Assembly (NCBI GenBank): GCA_904063045.1
Contig: CAJFCJ010000027.1
Location: 558,001 to 622,000 of the forward strand
Source: Dimorphilus gyrociliatus
Lineage: Eukaryota > Animalia > Annelida
Reading direction: 5' to 3'
DNA length: 64,000 nucleotides
The notes under the pieces were generated by a model, which ran no database searches, was not told the DNA's origin, and saw only the letters and a program-made list of their open reading frames with translations. The stretch's first letter is position 1, and every line of letters starts with the position of its first letter. Made by a program: the position numbers and the translations under genes. This document shows, one piece after another, positions 63,859 to 64,000 of this stretch.

Positions 63859-64000
63859 AATTCAAAAGGCTACTGGTGCCAACCGTCCAAGTCTATTGAA
63901 TTCAGACCCCAAAAGGTCATCGAAACCAAATCATCAGCTTTAGATGATAAACTGAAAGAGCAAAGAAACAAGTTCGAGGAAAGGCTAAGAGAGAAAAAAG
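63859..64000 (+). CDS. Possible partial coding exon running off the right edge (coiled-coil-like)
   Basis: After an AG at 63857-63858 the frame NSKGYWCQPSKSIEFRPQKVIETKSSALDDKLKEQRNKFEERLREKK stays open to the window end. Frame and upstream exons are uncertain. Confidence 0.45.

Noticed and set aside
1-64000. CRISPR arrays, rRNA, tRNA, prokaryotic operons
   Set aside because: The sequence is intron-containing animal DNA. I saw no regularly spaced repeats or recognisable structural RNA, though tRNAscan-SE and Infernal were not run.

Overview
AT-rich eukaryotic (animal) genomic DNA with compact genes, many 57-110 nt introns and abundant (TA)n and (GA)n microsatellites. A QERAS-type proneuropeptide indicates an annelid. 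The short introns and compact layout suggest a miniaturised genome such as Dimorphilus gyrociliatus (inference, not verified). Exons were joined by hand with GT-AG sites and reading-frame phase checked. Genes from left to right: tincar-like membrane protein (+), ~5-repeat cadherin-related protein (-), orphan 113-aa protein (-), three-exon QERAS neuropeptide precursor (+, largely missed by the ORF track), intronless rhodopsin-class peptide GPCR (+), DEP-FH1-FH2 formin of the FMN/cappuccino class (+), PP2A B55 regulatory subunit (+), orphan ~141-aa ORF (-), tetraspanin (-), an intact Tc1-family transposon with a DD35E transposase and ~220-bp IR/DR ends, and a possible partial exon at the right edge. 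Two window-wide signals are not explained by these features. First, 17 non-coding copies of TATA-CAG-TAT / ATA-CTG-TATA match the excision footprint expected from CAG...CTG-ended Tc1 elements. Second, a CTCF-like CGCCATCTA motif recurs 7 times, 6 of them in the same orientation. No rRNA, tRNA or CRISPR array was recognised.
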